A stretch of 35,552 nucleotides of DNA from a virus (taxonomy: Duplodnaviria; Heunggongvirae; Uroviricota; Caudoviricetes): the IMG/VR virus record IMGVR_UViG_2645727510_000007. The stretch is one strand, 5' to 3'. The notes under the pieces were generated by a model, which searched no databases, had not been told where the DNA came from, and worked only from the letters and a program-made list of their open reading frames with translations. Below, piece after piece: positions 23,011 to 31,069 of this stretch; within the stretch, counting starts at the first letter, position 1, and every line of letters starts with the position of its first letter. A program made the translations under genes and the position numbers.

Positions 23011-23874
23011 ATGGATTGTGACGCTTTACAGGATATAAAAATCTCTCTTAGGTATGACGGAAAAGATGCTTTAAATCATGAAATAGATTTGAACTGCCTA
23101 GGAGAATCCCTAAAGGGTTTTTCTAAAGTTCTCTCAACAGCAGCTTCTTTCTCTGTTACACAAAAATATAGTAAATACATTAATTATCAGGAAGTTAAGG
23201 TTTACGCACGCGAAGCAAAAGCTAACTGCTTTACTCTTGAAGCAGTTCTTAACTTCGCCACTCAGAACCAGTTGTTCTCGGGGATCGCCGCAACTATACT
23301 TGGCGCAATACTACAATATATTTTTGCGAGAAATTCTAACAAGAAAGATGAAATGAAAGCTTTGCAGCAGTCACTTGAAAAGGCCATAGAGGCACTAGGA
23401 AACAAGGATGCTGGAACCATTGATAAGTTGATCTCTTTGATTGACCGAATGGCTGTAGAGCTTCGCCCCTCTGTAAGGCAGGCAGTATCACCTATTGGTA
23501 ATACTTGCGATCAGATAAGTGTTGCAACAAATGTTGACGGCTGCCTTCTAAAAGTTAACGAGAGAGATAAAGCTGAAATTGATAGGCTTGATGATGATGA
23601 AGTTCTCGGTCTTCGTGAGTATCGTGCTTTTCTTACAGAATTTGATGCACAAAATATGACAGCTAAAATAATTTTAGATGGTGATGACTCAAAAAAGAGA
23701 ATCACTGCTGAAATTAGCGATCCAGCTGCAGGAAAGAAGAATAACCCGTATATTAGAGCTCTTAGTGCATATATATCAACCAAAGGTGATCCATCTGCAG
23801 TATTCACTATAACCGCAAAGGCTACTGTTAAAAAAGGCCAGATAAACAGGTTATTTATTGTAGATGCGAAATGA
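23011..23874 (+). CDS. Uncharacterised protein at the rexAB position, co-transcribed with cI; candidate exclusion or abortive-infection factor
   Basis: 287-aa ORF 66 nt after cI with no terminator between, followed by a strong terminator; AT-rich versus flanking cI; one hydrophobic segment ([19 protein letters not shown]); no resemblance to RexA/RexB that I can recognise. Confidence 0.75.
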   Translation: MDCDALQDIKISLRYDGKDALNHEIDLNCLGESLKGFSKVLSTAASFSVTQKYSKYINYQEVKVYAREAKANCFTLEAVLNFATQNQLFSGIAATILGAILQYIFARNSNKKDEMKALQQSLEKAIEALGNKDAGTIDKLISLIDRMAVELRPSVRQAVSPIGNTCDQISVATNVDGCLLKVNERDKAEIDRLDDDEVLGLREYRAFLTEFDAQNMTAKIILDGDDSKKRITAEISDPAAGKKNNPYIRALSAYISTKGDPSAVFTITAKATVKKGQINRLFIVDAK

Positions 23875-23878
23875 TTTC

Positions 23879-23905
23879 CCCGGCCGTCGTGCCGGGTTTT
23901 CTTTT
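23879..23905 (+). terminator. Rho-independent terminator ending the cI operon
   Basis: cccggc-cgtcgt-gccggg hairpin followed by ttttcttttg. Confidence 0.8.
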
Positions 23906-23999
23906 GCCTCCCCTCATCACACACCGTTCAAAAAACCACCACAACCCCGCTTCGGTTATCGCTATGCGATGCAAGTCACAAAATAAATCCATCCTAAAT

Positions 24000-24075
24000 A
24001 CAACCAGTTATATCTAAAACAACCAACAAAACAACTTTTGTTGTTGACGATAAAACAACTATAGTTTTAAATGAA
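24000..24075 (+). promoter_or_regulatory. Left operator and pL region (OL/pL)
   Basis: Repeated AACAAC[C/T]AT-type half-sites (aacaaccaacaaaacaac, ttttgttgttgac, aaaacaactatagtttt) matching the OR half-sites; TTGACG -35-like hexamer oriented toward the early-left genes. Confidence 0.6.
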
Positions 24076-24347
24076 TTCATCGCAACAACACAACGATACG
24101 GCAATCACCTGATTCACCGTTGCGATGACCGCTTAGATCCGCAGCTTGAATTTCAGCAGGCTCCGGGGAGTGCGAGGGGTGAAGCGGACGCGTGAACGTC
24201 GGTGTGACCAGCTGAAATCAACTCAACACTTCATACCTCAGTCGCTTCAACGAGGCGACTTAGTTATGACAACCGGCGGCCATCCACCGCCAGATACTGC
24301 GCAACCCCTTATTTGTTCAGCAGCCCAGCTTACGGGCAGGAGTTTTT

Positions 24348-24554
24348 ATGGTTCATCAACATTACGGAACGCAGACCGTTAATCGAGGTGCGGTCATGCC
24401 AGGAATGCTGGTCAAACACAAAGATGGTACCTGGACTGCATCAGCTAATTTACGCGGACGGCTTTATCTGCATCGCGGCATCGAGCGCACTTATACCCGT
24501 GATTTGCTCGTGGAAGTTTTTCTCGACGGACGCGGCAACGGTCTGAATCACTAA
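24348..24554 (+). CDS. Hypothetical 68-aa protein at the kil position upstream of gam
   Basis: SD (caggag) 7 nt upstream of ATG; no recognisable family from sequence. Confidence 0.5.
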   Translation: MVHQHYGTQTVNRGAVMPGMLVKHKDGTWTASANLRGRLYLHRGIERTYTRDLLVEVFLDGRGNGLNH

Positions 24555-24629
24555 TCCCCTTTCCTGTTTTCCGAATCAGCCTGGCATTCCGCGGGCGATT
24601 TTTTCACAGCCATTTTCAGGAGTTCAGCC

Positions 24630-24926
24630 ATGAACGCTTATTACATTCAGGATCGTCTTGAGGCTCAGAGCTGGGCGCGTCACTACCAGCAGATCGCCCG
24701 TGAAGAGAAAGAGGCAGAACTGGCAGACGACATGGAAAAAGGCCTGCCCCAGCACCTGTTTGAATCGCTATGCATCGATCATTTGCAACGCCACGGGGCC
24801 AGCAAAAAAGCCATTACCCGTGCGTTTGATGACGATGTTGAGTTTCAGGAGCGCATGGCAGAACACATCCGGTACATGGTTGAAACCATTGCTCACCACC
24901 AGGTTGATATTGATTCAGAGGTATAA
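24630..24926 (+). CDS. gam: Gam (RecBCD inhibitor), short GamS form only
   Basis: 98-aa [44 protein letters not shown]... near-identical to the C-terminal 98 aa of lambda Gam. Upstream in-frame sequence still encodes ...FRSSA but has no start codon. Confidence 0.9.
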   Translation: MNAYYIQDRLEAQSWARHYQQIAREEKEAELADDMEKGLPQHLFESLCIDHLQRHGASKKAITRAFDDDVEFQERMAEHIRYMVETIAHHQVDIDSEV

Positions 24927-24931
24927 AACGG

Positions 24932-25717
24932 ATGAGTACAGCACTCGCAACGCTGGCAGGGAAGCTGGCTGAACGTGTCGGCATGGATTCTGTCGACCCA
25001 CAGGAACTGATCACCACTCTTCGCCAGACGGCATTTAAAGGTGATGCCAGCGATGCGCAGTTCATCGCATTGCTGATCGTCGCCAACCAGTACGGCCTTA
25101 ATCCGTGGACGAAAGAAATTTACGCCTTCCCTGATAAGCAGAACGGCATCGTTCCGGTGGTGGGCGTTGATGGCTGGTCCCGCATCATCAATGAAAACCA
25201 GCAGTTTGATGGCATGGACTTTGAGCAGGACAATGAATCCTGCACATGCCGGATTTACCGCAAGGACCGTAATCATCCGATCTGCGTTACCGAATGGATG
25301 GATGAATGCCGCCGCGAACCATTCAAAACCCGCGAAGGCAGAGAAATCACGGGGCCGTGGCAGTCGCATCCCAAACGGATGTTACGGCATAAAGCCATGA
25401 TTCAGTGTGCCCGTCTGGCCTTCGGATTTGCTGGTATCTATGACAAGGATGAAGCCGAGCGCATTGTCGAAAATACCGCATACACTGCAGAACGTCAGCC
25501 GGAACGCGACATCACTCCGGTTAACGATGAAACCATGCAGGAGATTAACACTCTGCTGATAGCCCTGGATAAAACATGGGATGACGACTTATTGCCGCTC
25601 TGTTCCCAGATATTTCGCCGCGACATTCGCGCATCGTCAGAACTGACACAGGCCGAAGCAGTGAAAGCTCTTGGATTCCTGAAACAGAAAGCCACTGAGC
25701 AGAAGGTGGCAGCATGA
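24932..25717 (+). CDS. bet: Bet (Red-beta single-strand annealing protein)
   Basis: 261-aa ORF essentially identical in length and sequence to lambda Bet. Confidence 0.95.
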   Translation: MSTALATLAGKLAERVGMDSVDPQELITTLRQTAFKGDASDAQFIALLIVANQYGLNPWTKEIYAFPDKQNGIVPVVGVDGWSRIINENQQFDGMDFEQDNESCTCRIYRKDRNHPICVTEWMDECRREPFKTREGREITGPWQSHPKRMLRHKAMIQCARLAFGFAGIYDKDEAERIVENTAYTAERQPERDITPVNDETMQEINTLLIALDKTWDDDLLPLCSQIFRRDIRASSELTQAEAVKALGFLKQKATEQKVAA

Positions 25718-26394
25718 CACCGGACATTATCCTGCAGCGTACCGGGATCGACGTGAGAGCTGTCGAACAGGGGGATGATGCGTGGCACAAATTACGGCTC
25801 GGCGTCATCACCGCTTCAGAAGTTCACAACGTGATAGCAAAACCCCGCTCCGGAAAAAAGTGGCCTGACATGAAAATGTCCTACTTCCACACCCTGCTGG
25901 CTGAGGTTTGCACCGGTGTGGCTCCGGAAGTTAACGCTAAAGCGCTGGCCTGGGGAAAACAGTACGAGAACGACGCCAGAACCCTGTTTGAGTTCACTTC
26001 CGGCGTGAATGTTACTGAATCACCGATCATCTATCGCGACGAAAGTATGCGTACCGCCTGCTCTCCCGATGGTTTATGCAGTGACGGCAACGGCCTTGAA
26101 CTGAAATGCCCGTTTACCTCCCGGGATTTCATGAAGTTCCGGCTCGGTGGTTTCGAGGCCATAAAGTCAGCTTACATGGCCCAGGTGCAGTACAGCATGT
26201 GGGTGACGCGAAAAGATGCCTGGTACTTTGCCAACTATGACCCGCGTATGAAGCGTGAAGGACTGCATTATGTCGTGGTTGAGCGGGATGAAAAGTACAT
26301 GGCGAGTTTTGACGAGATGGTGCCGGAGTTCATCGAAAAAATGGACGAGGCACTGGCTGAAATTGGTTTTGTATTTGGGGAGCAATGGCGATGA
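25714..26394 (+). CDS. exo: Exo (lambda exonuclease, Red-alpha)
   Basis: 226-aa ORF matching lambda Exo; overlaps the bet stop. Confidence 0.95.
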   Translation: MTPDIILQRTGIDVRAVEQGDDAWHKLRLGVITASEVHNVIAKPRSGKKWPDMKMSYFHTLLAEVCTGVAPEVNAKALAWGKQYENDARTLFEFTSGVNVTESPIIYRDESMRTACSPDGLCSDGNGLELKCPFTSRDFMKFRLGGFEAIKSAYMAQVQYSMWVTRKDAWYFANYDPRMKREGLHYVVVERDEKYMASFDEMVPEFIEKMDEALAEIGFVFGEQWR

Positions 26395-26573
26395 CGCATC
26401 CTCACGATAATATCCGGGTAGGCGCGATCACTTTCATCTACTCCGTTACAAAGCGAGACTGGGTATTTCCCGGCCTTTCTGTTATCCAAAATCCACTGAA
26501 AGCCCAGCGGCTGGCTGAGGAGATAAATAATAAACGAGGGGCTGTATGCACAAAACATCTCCCGTTGAGTTAA
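26385..26573 (+). CDS. Hypothetical small protein
   Basis: 62-aa ORF, start overlapping the exo 3' end; part of a chain of overlapping small genes. Confidence 0.4.
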   Translation: MAMTHPHDNIRVGAITFIYSVTKRDWVFPGLSVIQNPLKAQRLAEEINNKRGAVCTKHLPLS

Positions 26574-26737
26574 GGACGAGTATCGAGATGGCACATAGCC
26601 TCGCTCAAATTGGAGTCAGGTTTGTGCCAATACCAGTAGAAACAGACGAAGAATTTCATACGTTAGCCACATCCCTTTCACAAAAGCTGGAAATGATGGT
26701 GGCGAAAGCAGAAGCAGATGAGAGAGACCAGGTATGA
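26546..26737 (+). CDS. Hypothetical small protein
   Basis: 63-aa ORF; its stop overlaps the next ATG (ATGA). Confidence 0.45.
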   Translation: MHKTSPVELRTSIEMAHSLAQIGVRFVPIPVETDEEFHTLATSLSQKLEMMVAKAEADERDQV

Positions 26738-26817
26738 CAACCACTGAATGCATTTTTCTGGCAGCGGGCTTCATATTCTGTGTGCTTATGCTTGCCGACA
26801 TGGGACTTGTTCAATGA
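26734..26817 (+). CDS. Putative 27-aa hydrophobic membrane peptide (MTTTECIFLAAGFIFCVLMLADMGLVQ)
   Basis: ATG overlaps the upstream stop and its own stop overlaps the downstream ATG (ATGA both ends); single predicted TM helix. Read manually. Confidence 0.35.
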   Translation: MTTTECIFLAAGFIFCVLMLADMGLVQ

Positions 26818-27029
26818 CACCTCAGCAAGAAAACGCCCTTCGCAGTATTGCCCGTCAGGCTAATTATGAAATCAAAAAAGCCAGACAGCAGTTTCCGGAT
26901 AAAAACGTCGATGACATTTGCCGTAGCGTACTGAAAAAGCACCGCGAAACGGTAACGCTGATGGGATTCACACCGACTCATTTAAGCCTGGCGATCGGCA
27001 TGTTAAACGGCGTCTTTAAGGAACGGTGA
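26814..27029 (+). CDS. Hypothetical small protein
   Basis: ORF 26748..27029; ATG at 26814 (MTPQQENALRSIARQ...) is translationally coupled to the upstream peptide. Confidence 0.45.
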   Translation: MTPQQENALRSIARQANYEIKKARQQFPDKNVDDICRSVLKKHRETVTLMGFTPTHLSLAIGMLNGVFKER

Positions 27030-27051
27030 ACATGAAAAACAAAATCATCAT

Positions 27052-27072
27052 GGAGCTACAGGCTCCTTTTTT
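27052..27072 (+). terminator. Rho-independent terminator
   Basis: ggagc-tacag-gctcc hairpin followed by tttttt. Confidence 0.6.
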
Positions 27073-27127
27073 ATTGTTCGCATTCACCCTCAAGCGTATT
27101 AACCAACAATTCAGGGATTAATGGAAG

Positions 27128-27349
27128 ATGGCAGACATCATTGATTCAGCATCAGAAATTGAAGAATTACAGCGCAACACAGCAATAAAAATGCGCCGCC
27201 TGAACCACCAGGCTATATCTGCCACTCATTGTTGTGAGTGTGGCGATCCCATAGATGAGCGAAGACGCCTGGCCGTTCAGGGTTGTCGGACTTGTGCAAG
27301 TTGCCAGCAAGATCTGGAGCTTATCCGCAAACAAAGGGGGATTAAGTGA
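27128..27349 (+). CDS. DksA/TraR-family C4 zinc-finger protein
   Basis: 73-aa ORF with CxxC...CxxC pattern (CCECGDPIDERRRLAVQGCRTCASC); SD ggaag; lambda Orf73 is a TraR homologue at a similar position. Confidence 0.8.
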   Translation: MADIIDSASEIEELQRNTAIKMRRLNHQAISATHCCECGDPIDERRRLAVQGCRTCASCQQDLELIRKQRGIK

Positions 27350-27633
27350 TGGCTAACCTGCAACTTGCTGTTAAAAGTGAATACTTCGATGCCATGATTC
27401 GCGGAGAGAAAACGGAAGAGTATCGCCTTGTTAATGACTACTGGAAAAAGCGCCTCGTTAACCGCGAGTATGGCAGTCTGATCATCACGAAGGGGTATCC
27501 GAAGCGCGACGATTCCAGCCGCAGAATTGATGTTCCGTATGGCGGATATGAAATCAAGACAATCACACATCCGCACTTCGGCGATAAACCGGTAAAGGTA
27601 TACGCGATAAAGGTGAATATCGGCAATGAATAA
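27349..27633 (+). CDS. Hypothetical protein (possibly ASCH/PUA-like)
   Basis: ATG overlaps the TraR-like stop (TGATG); 94 aa; family guess is weak. Confidence 0.45.
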   Translation: MANLQLAVKSEYFDAMIRGEKTEEYRLVNDYWKKRLVNREYGSLIITKGYPKRDDSSRRIDVPYGGYEIKTITHPHFGDKPVKVYAIKVNIGNE

Positions 27634-27682
27634 CAATCCTCGCATTGGCGGGGATTTCTTTTATCTGAAAAGGACAGAATAC

Positions 27683-28426
27683 ATGATTAACAATATTGCA
27701 AATCAGTCTTCGTTTCCGGCTGCAACAATTGACAGCCAGATGCTGTTGAAAATGGTTAATGAGGCGCGGAGACTGTGAGGCGAAAAAGAAGTACGCAACA
27801 ACGACTTCATTGCACGCATCAAAGATGAGCTTGAGGGGGAGGGTTACGAAATTTTCGTAACCCCCATGGATAAGAAAAAAGGCGGAGCGGATCAGGTGGT
27901 TATAGTGATGACCTACAAGCAAGCCCTGCGCGTCGCCGCACGTGAGTCGAAAGCCGTCCGTCGTTCGCTGGTCGACAAACTTGAATCAATGCAACAGCAG
28001 TTGCAACAAAAAACGACCACGAAGAAATCACCGGATGGCCTTGAAGAATTCCGTAAGGCACGCGCATTGAAAATGACCGTCGACACAATGAAAGACCTCT
28101 TCGACTTCCTCCCTCACCTCGCACCGGAAGCTAAACAGGTCGTTGCCGCCAGCCTGATTAATCCCGTCGTCGGCTTTAGTGCAATCCCTCTTCCGGTCAT
28201 TGATGAACATCACTACTCTGCGTCGGAGGTTGGCACCATGCTTGGCATTTCAGCCAACAAGGTAGGGCGCATTGCCAACACCTACATGCTCAAAACAGAA
28301 AAGTACGGGAAGTGGTTCATCGACAAATCGGCGCACAGTGACAAGCAGGTCGAGACATTTCGCTACAACGAGGCGGGAGTGCACAAGATCGAGGAACTCA
28401 TCGAAGGAGAACGAAAGGCTGCATGA
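27683..28426 (+). pseudogene. Antirepressor-like gene split by an in-frame TGA at 27776..27778 (C-terminal 186-aa ORF 27866..28426 intact)
   Basis: ATG 27683 opens a frame encoding MINNIANQSSFPAATIDSQMLLKMVNEARRL, stop TGA, then the same frame continues GEKEVRNNDFIARIKDELEGEGYEIFVTPMDKKKGG... to 28426. Confidence 0.5.
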
Positions 28427-28505
28427 TTTTGACAAGATAGTTTTCCCCAAATCTGGGGGAAAAGACCGAATGGCGCGGCTTACAGCAAGATAAAGACCAC
28501 ATGAT

Positions 28506-28604
28506 TTGACAAATCCGCATTAACGGGGCTATATTCCGCTTCATGGTGCTGAACACACCTTGCAAAGCGGAAACCGCACCCGTCAGTCATGCGGCTTTTT
28601 TATG
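28506..28604 (+). ncRNA. Candidate small RNA or transcription attenuator: promoter, about 60-nt structured transcript, intrinsic terminator
   Basis: TTGACA (28506..28511), 18-nt spacer, TATATT (28530..28535); downstream alternative hairpins gcgg-aaa-ccgc (28567..28577) versus ccgca...tgcgg (28574..28594) followed by cttttttat. Confidence 0.35.
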
Positions 28605-28748
28605 TCCATTTCTCAGATATGGTCGGGTAGCGCGTATACCGAAAAACAACCGAAAGGTTAAGGATACGGGCCGACTTTGCACGGTGTTCAAGTACCTGAC
28701 CGCCCTGCTGAACACAGGGCTATCTGAACAAATGCAAAGGACATAAAA

Positions 28749-29372
28749 ATGACCAGTCAACTCATCCCCGTATTCAACGGCACTATCGCCAACGAAACAG
28801 CCCTACTCTGCAATGCCCGCGATCTGCATGCTTTTTTAGGCGTGAAAAAGGTGTTTGCGGCATGGATTACAAATCGCATTTCAGAATACGAATTCATTGA
28901 AAATCAAGACTATATTTTGCTTTCCAATTTGGGAAAGCAAACATCTGGTAGAGGCGGTCACAACCGCAAGGATTACCACCTCACCCTCGACACAGCCAAA
29001 GAGCTGGCAATGGTCGAGCGCAACGAAAAAGGCCGCCAGATACGCCGATACTTCATCGAGTGCGAAAAGAAACTTCGCAGCATGCAACCAGCGCAGCAAT
29101 TCACAGACGAGGAAATCATCCTCCTCTGCTACATGCAGGTACAGATGGAGAAAGCACAGGACATCAGCAAACGCCTGTATCCGATATTGAAGGAACTGAA
29201 CTCATCATACTCGAGCAAGCTGTATGACATCGCGTTTGAGACTTTCTACACGGTGACGAAAAACAGAGACGCACTGCTCAGGGAGGCGACACGACTTGAC
29301 CAGACAAGCGCCCTTTTCGAACGGGCAAGACCAATGCTGAAAAGCCTTCGGGCGAGACAATTCGAATTTTAA
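28749..29372 (+). CDS. AntA/AntB-type phage antirepressor
   Basis: 207-aa ORF with the AntA-like N-terminal motif (NARDLHAFLGVKKVFAAWITNRISEYEFIENQDYIL...GGHNRKDYHLTLDTAKELAMVERNEKGRQIRRYFIECEK). Confidence 0.8.
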   Translation: MTSQLIPVFNGTIANETALLCNARDLHAFLGVKKVFAAWITNRISEYEFIENQDYILLSNLGKQTSGRGGHNRKDYHLTLDTAKELAMVERNEKGRQIRRYFIECEKKLRSMQPAQQFTDEEIILLCYMQVQMEKAQDISKRLYPILKELNSSYSSKLYDIAFETFYTVTKNRDALLREATRLDQTSALFERARPMLKSLRARQFEF

Positions 29373-29377
29373 TCATC

Positions 29378-29403
29378 AAAGGAGCTTCGGCTCCTTTTTT
29401 GTT
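29378..29403 (+). terminator. Rho-independent terminator
   Basis: aaaggagc-ttcg-gctccttt hairpin followed by a T-run (ctcctttttt gttgg). Confidence 0.8.
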
Positions 29404-29456
29404 GGAGAAAATCAACCACTGCTCGCTCCCTTGCGAGTAATTGCGGAGACTTTGCG

Positions 29457-29675
29457 ATGTACTTGACACTTCAGGAGTGGAACGCACGCCAGCGACGCCC
29501 AAGAAGCCCTGAAACAGTTCGTCGATGGGTACGCGAGTGCAGGATATTCCCTCCTCCGGTTAAGGATGGAAGAGAGTATCTGTTCCACGAATCAGCGGTA
29601 AAGGTTGACTTAAATCGACCAGTAACAGGTAGCCTTTTGAAGAGGATCAGAAATGGGAAGAAGGCGAAGTCATGA
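29457..29675 (+). CDS. xis: Excisionase Xis
   Basis: 72-aa ORF MYLTLQEWNARQRRPRSPETVRRWVRECRIFPPPVKDGREYLFHESAVKVDLNRP... near-identical to lambda Xis; overlaps int as in lambda. Confidence 0.95.
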   Translation: MYLTLQEWNARQRRPRSPETVRRWVRECRIFPPPVKDGREYLFHESAVKVDLNRPVTGSLLKRIRNGKKAKS

Positions 29676-30726
29676 GCGCCGGGATTTACCCCCTAACCTT
29701 TATATAAGAAACAATGGATATTACTGCTACAGGGACCCAAGGACGGGTAAAGAGTTCGGATTAGGCAGAGACAGGAGGATAGCAATCACTGAAGCAATAC
29801 AGGCCAACATTGAGTTACTCTCAGACAGCGGACGGGAGTCACTGATAGACAGAATTAAAGGCGCTGACACAATCACTCTTCATACGTGGCTTGACCGATA
29901 TGAAACAATCCTCACCGAAAGGGGTATCAGACCGAAAACTCTACTCGACTACGCCAGCAAAATCAGGGCAATCCGAAGAAAATTGCCGGACAAACCGCTC
30001 ACTGACATATCAACGAAAGAGGTGGCTGCAATGCTAAACACCTACGTCGCAGAAGGTAAAGCAGCGTCCGCAAGAGTAATCAGGTCAACCCTTGTTGACG
30101 TTTTTCGTGAGGCAATAGCCGAGGGGCATGTGGCAACGAATCCGGTAACAGCAACCCGCGCAGCAAAGTCAGAAGTAAGGCGCTCAAGGCTGACAGCTAA
30201 TGAGTATGTCGCGATTTACCATGCAGCCGAACATCTCCCAATCTGGCTGAGGCTGGCAATGGATTTGGCTGTCGTTACAGGGCAGAGAGTAGGCGATTTA
30301 TGCAGAATGAAATGGTCAGACATAAACGACAACCATCTTCACATTGAGCAGGGTAAAACAGGGGCTAAGCTCGCCATTCCGCTGACGCTAACGATTGACG
30401 CGCTCAATATCTCATTGGCTGATACACTACAGAAATGCAGGGAGGCCAGCGGCAGTGAAACAATAATTGCATCAACGCATCACGAACCGCTTTCCCCGAA
30501 AACAGTATCTAAGTATTTTACAAAGGCGAGAAATGCATCTGGACTCTCATTTGATGGAGACCCGCCAACATTCCATGAACTGCGTAGCCTGTCGGCGAGG
30601 CTATACCGGAATCAGATTGGCGATAAGTTTGCTCAACGTCTTCTCGGGCATAAATCAGATTCAATGGCGGCGCGGTATAGGGACAGCCGAGGGAGAGAAT
30701 GGGACAAAATTGAAATCAATAAATGA
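29653..30726 (+). CDS. int: Tyrosine integrase Int (lambda family)
   Basis: 357-aa ORF; N-terminal arm-binding domain identical to lambda Int (MGRRRSHERRDLPPNLYIRNNGYYCYRDPRTGKEFGLGRDRRIAITEAIQANIEL), catalytic region conserved (...HELRSLSARLY...LLGHKSD...) with scattered substitutions. Confidence 0.95.
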   Translation: MGRRRSHERRDLPPNLYIRNNGYYCYRDPRTGKEFGLGRDRRIAITEAIQANIELLSDSGRESLIDRIKGADTITLHTWLDRYETILTERGIRPKTLLDYASKIRAIRRKLPDKPLTDISTKEVAAMLNTYVAEGKAASARVIRSTLVDVFREAIAEGHVATNPVTATRAAKSEVRRSRLTANEYVAIYHAAEHLPIWLRLAMDLAVVTGQRVGDLCRMKWSDINDNHLHIEQGKTGAKLAIPLTLTIDALNISLADTLQKCREASGSETIIASTHHEPLSPKTVSKYFTKARNASGLSFDGDPPTFHELRSLSARLYRNQIGDKFAQRLLGHKSDSMAARYRDSRGREWDKIEINK

Positions 30727-30810
30727 TTTTATTTTGATTAATAATGACCCATGCAATGTAATTTATTGATAATTAAAGAGATTTCAAATATGCAACTTAC
30801 CTTATTTAAG
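30727..30810 (+). other. attL: attL: P'-arm-type Int sites (30727..30755) and putative core / phage-host junction (about 30794..30810)
   Basis: Sequence after the int stop aligns without gaps to the lambda attP P' arm (tgattttattttga.. aataatgaccc vs TGATTTTATTTTGACTGATAGTGACC; ttgataa shared). Where lambda has core TTAGTATAAAAAAGC this has ttaccttatttaagg. Confidence 0.5.
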
Positions 30811-30840
30811 GCCCCTTCCTCGGGAGGGGCTTTCCCGTTT
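30811..30840 (+). terminator. Terminator-like GC hairpin on the host side of attL
   Basis: gccccttc-ctcg-gggagggg c hairpin followed by tttcccgttt. Confidence 0.4.
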
Positions 30841-30998
30841 CAGCATCCGGCTGAAATCTGCGGCTTACCTCCTTTCGCCCTGTATGTAGTCTATCGCTAA
30901 CGCGTAGATAAAATAGTTTCCTGTGTTATTACTGGATGCGTGCTCGCAAATGTGCCCGCCATTCAGACGATTCCCGATAGTGTTTCATAATTCCTCCA

Positions 30999-31019
30999 TT
31001 TTTCTCCCTTATTGGCTGG
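30999..31019 (+). promoter_or_regulatory. BaeR-box-like response-regulator site in the mdtA promoter
   Basis: tttttctcccttattggctgg matches the recalled BaeR consensus (TTTTTCTCCnnnATTGGC), about 50 bp upstream of mdtA. Confidence 0.6.
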
Positions 31020-31069
31020 CTACACTAGTATCATTCCGCGAAACGTTTCAGGAAGAGAAACTCTTAACG

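Noticed and set aside
24146-24382. 78-aa ORF with an Arg-rich N-terminus resembling an N-protein arginine-rich motif
   Set aside because: Begins at TTG with no Shine-Dalgarno, overlaps the downstream SD-equipped ORF, and the Arg codons arise from a GC-rich inverted-repeat RNA structure; kept only as a caveat in the N-region finding.
27032-27121. 29-aa ORF (MKNKIIMELQAPFLLFAFTLKRINQQFRD) spanning the terminator at 27052..27072
   Set aside because: The hairpin and T-run sit inside it, so it is more likely a terminator read as coding; a leader-peptide role is possible but unsupported.
27776-27778. Selenocysteine recoding at the in-frame TGA
   Set aside because: No SECIS-like stem-loop is evident immediately downstream and phage antirepressors are not known selenoproteins; a nonsense mutation or readthrough is more parsimonious.
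28543-28746. 67-aa ORF between the antirepressor-like genes
   Set aside because: No SD, starts inside the putative small-RNA transcript and spans its terminator; more likely non-coding.
30781-30900. Possible small RNA or toxin (Sib/Ibs-like) gene between attL and the mdtA promoter
   Set aside because: Neither strand has a short hydrophobic Ibs-like ORF; only a GC hairpin is evident, so no RNA gene is called.
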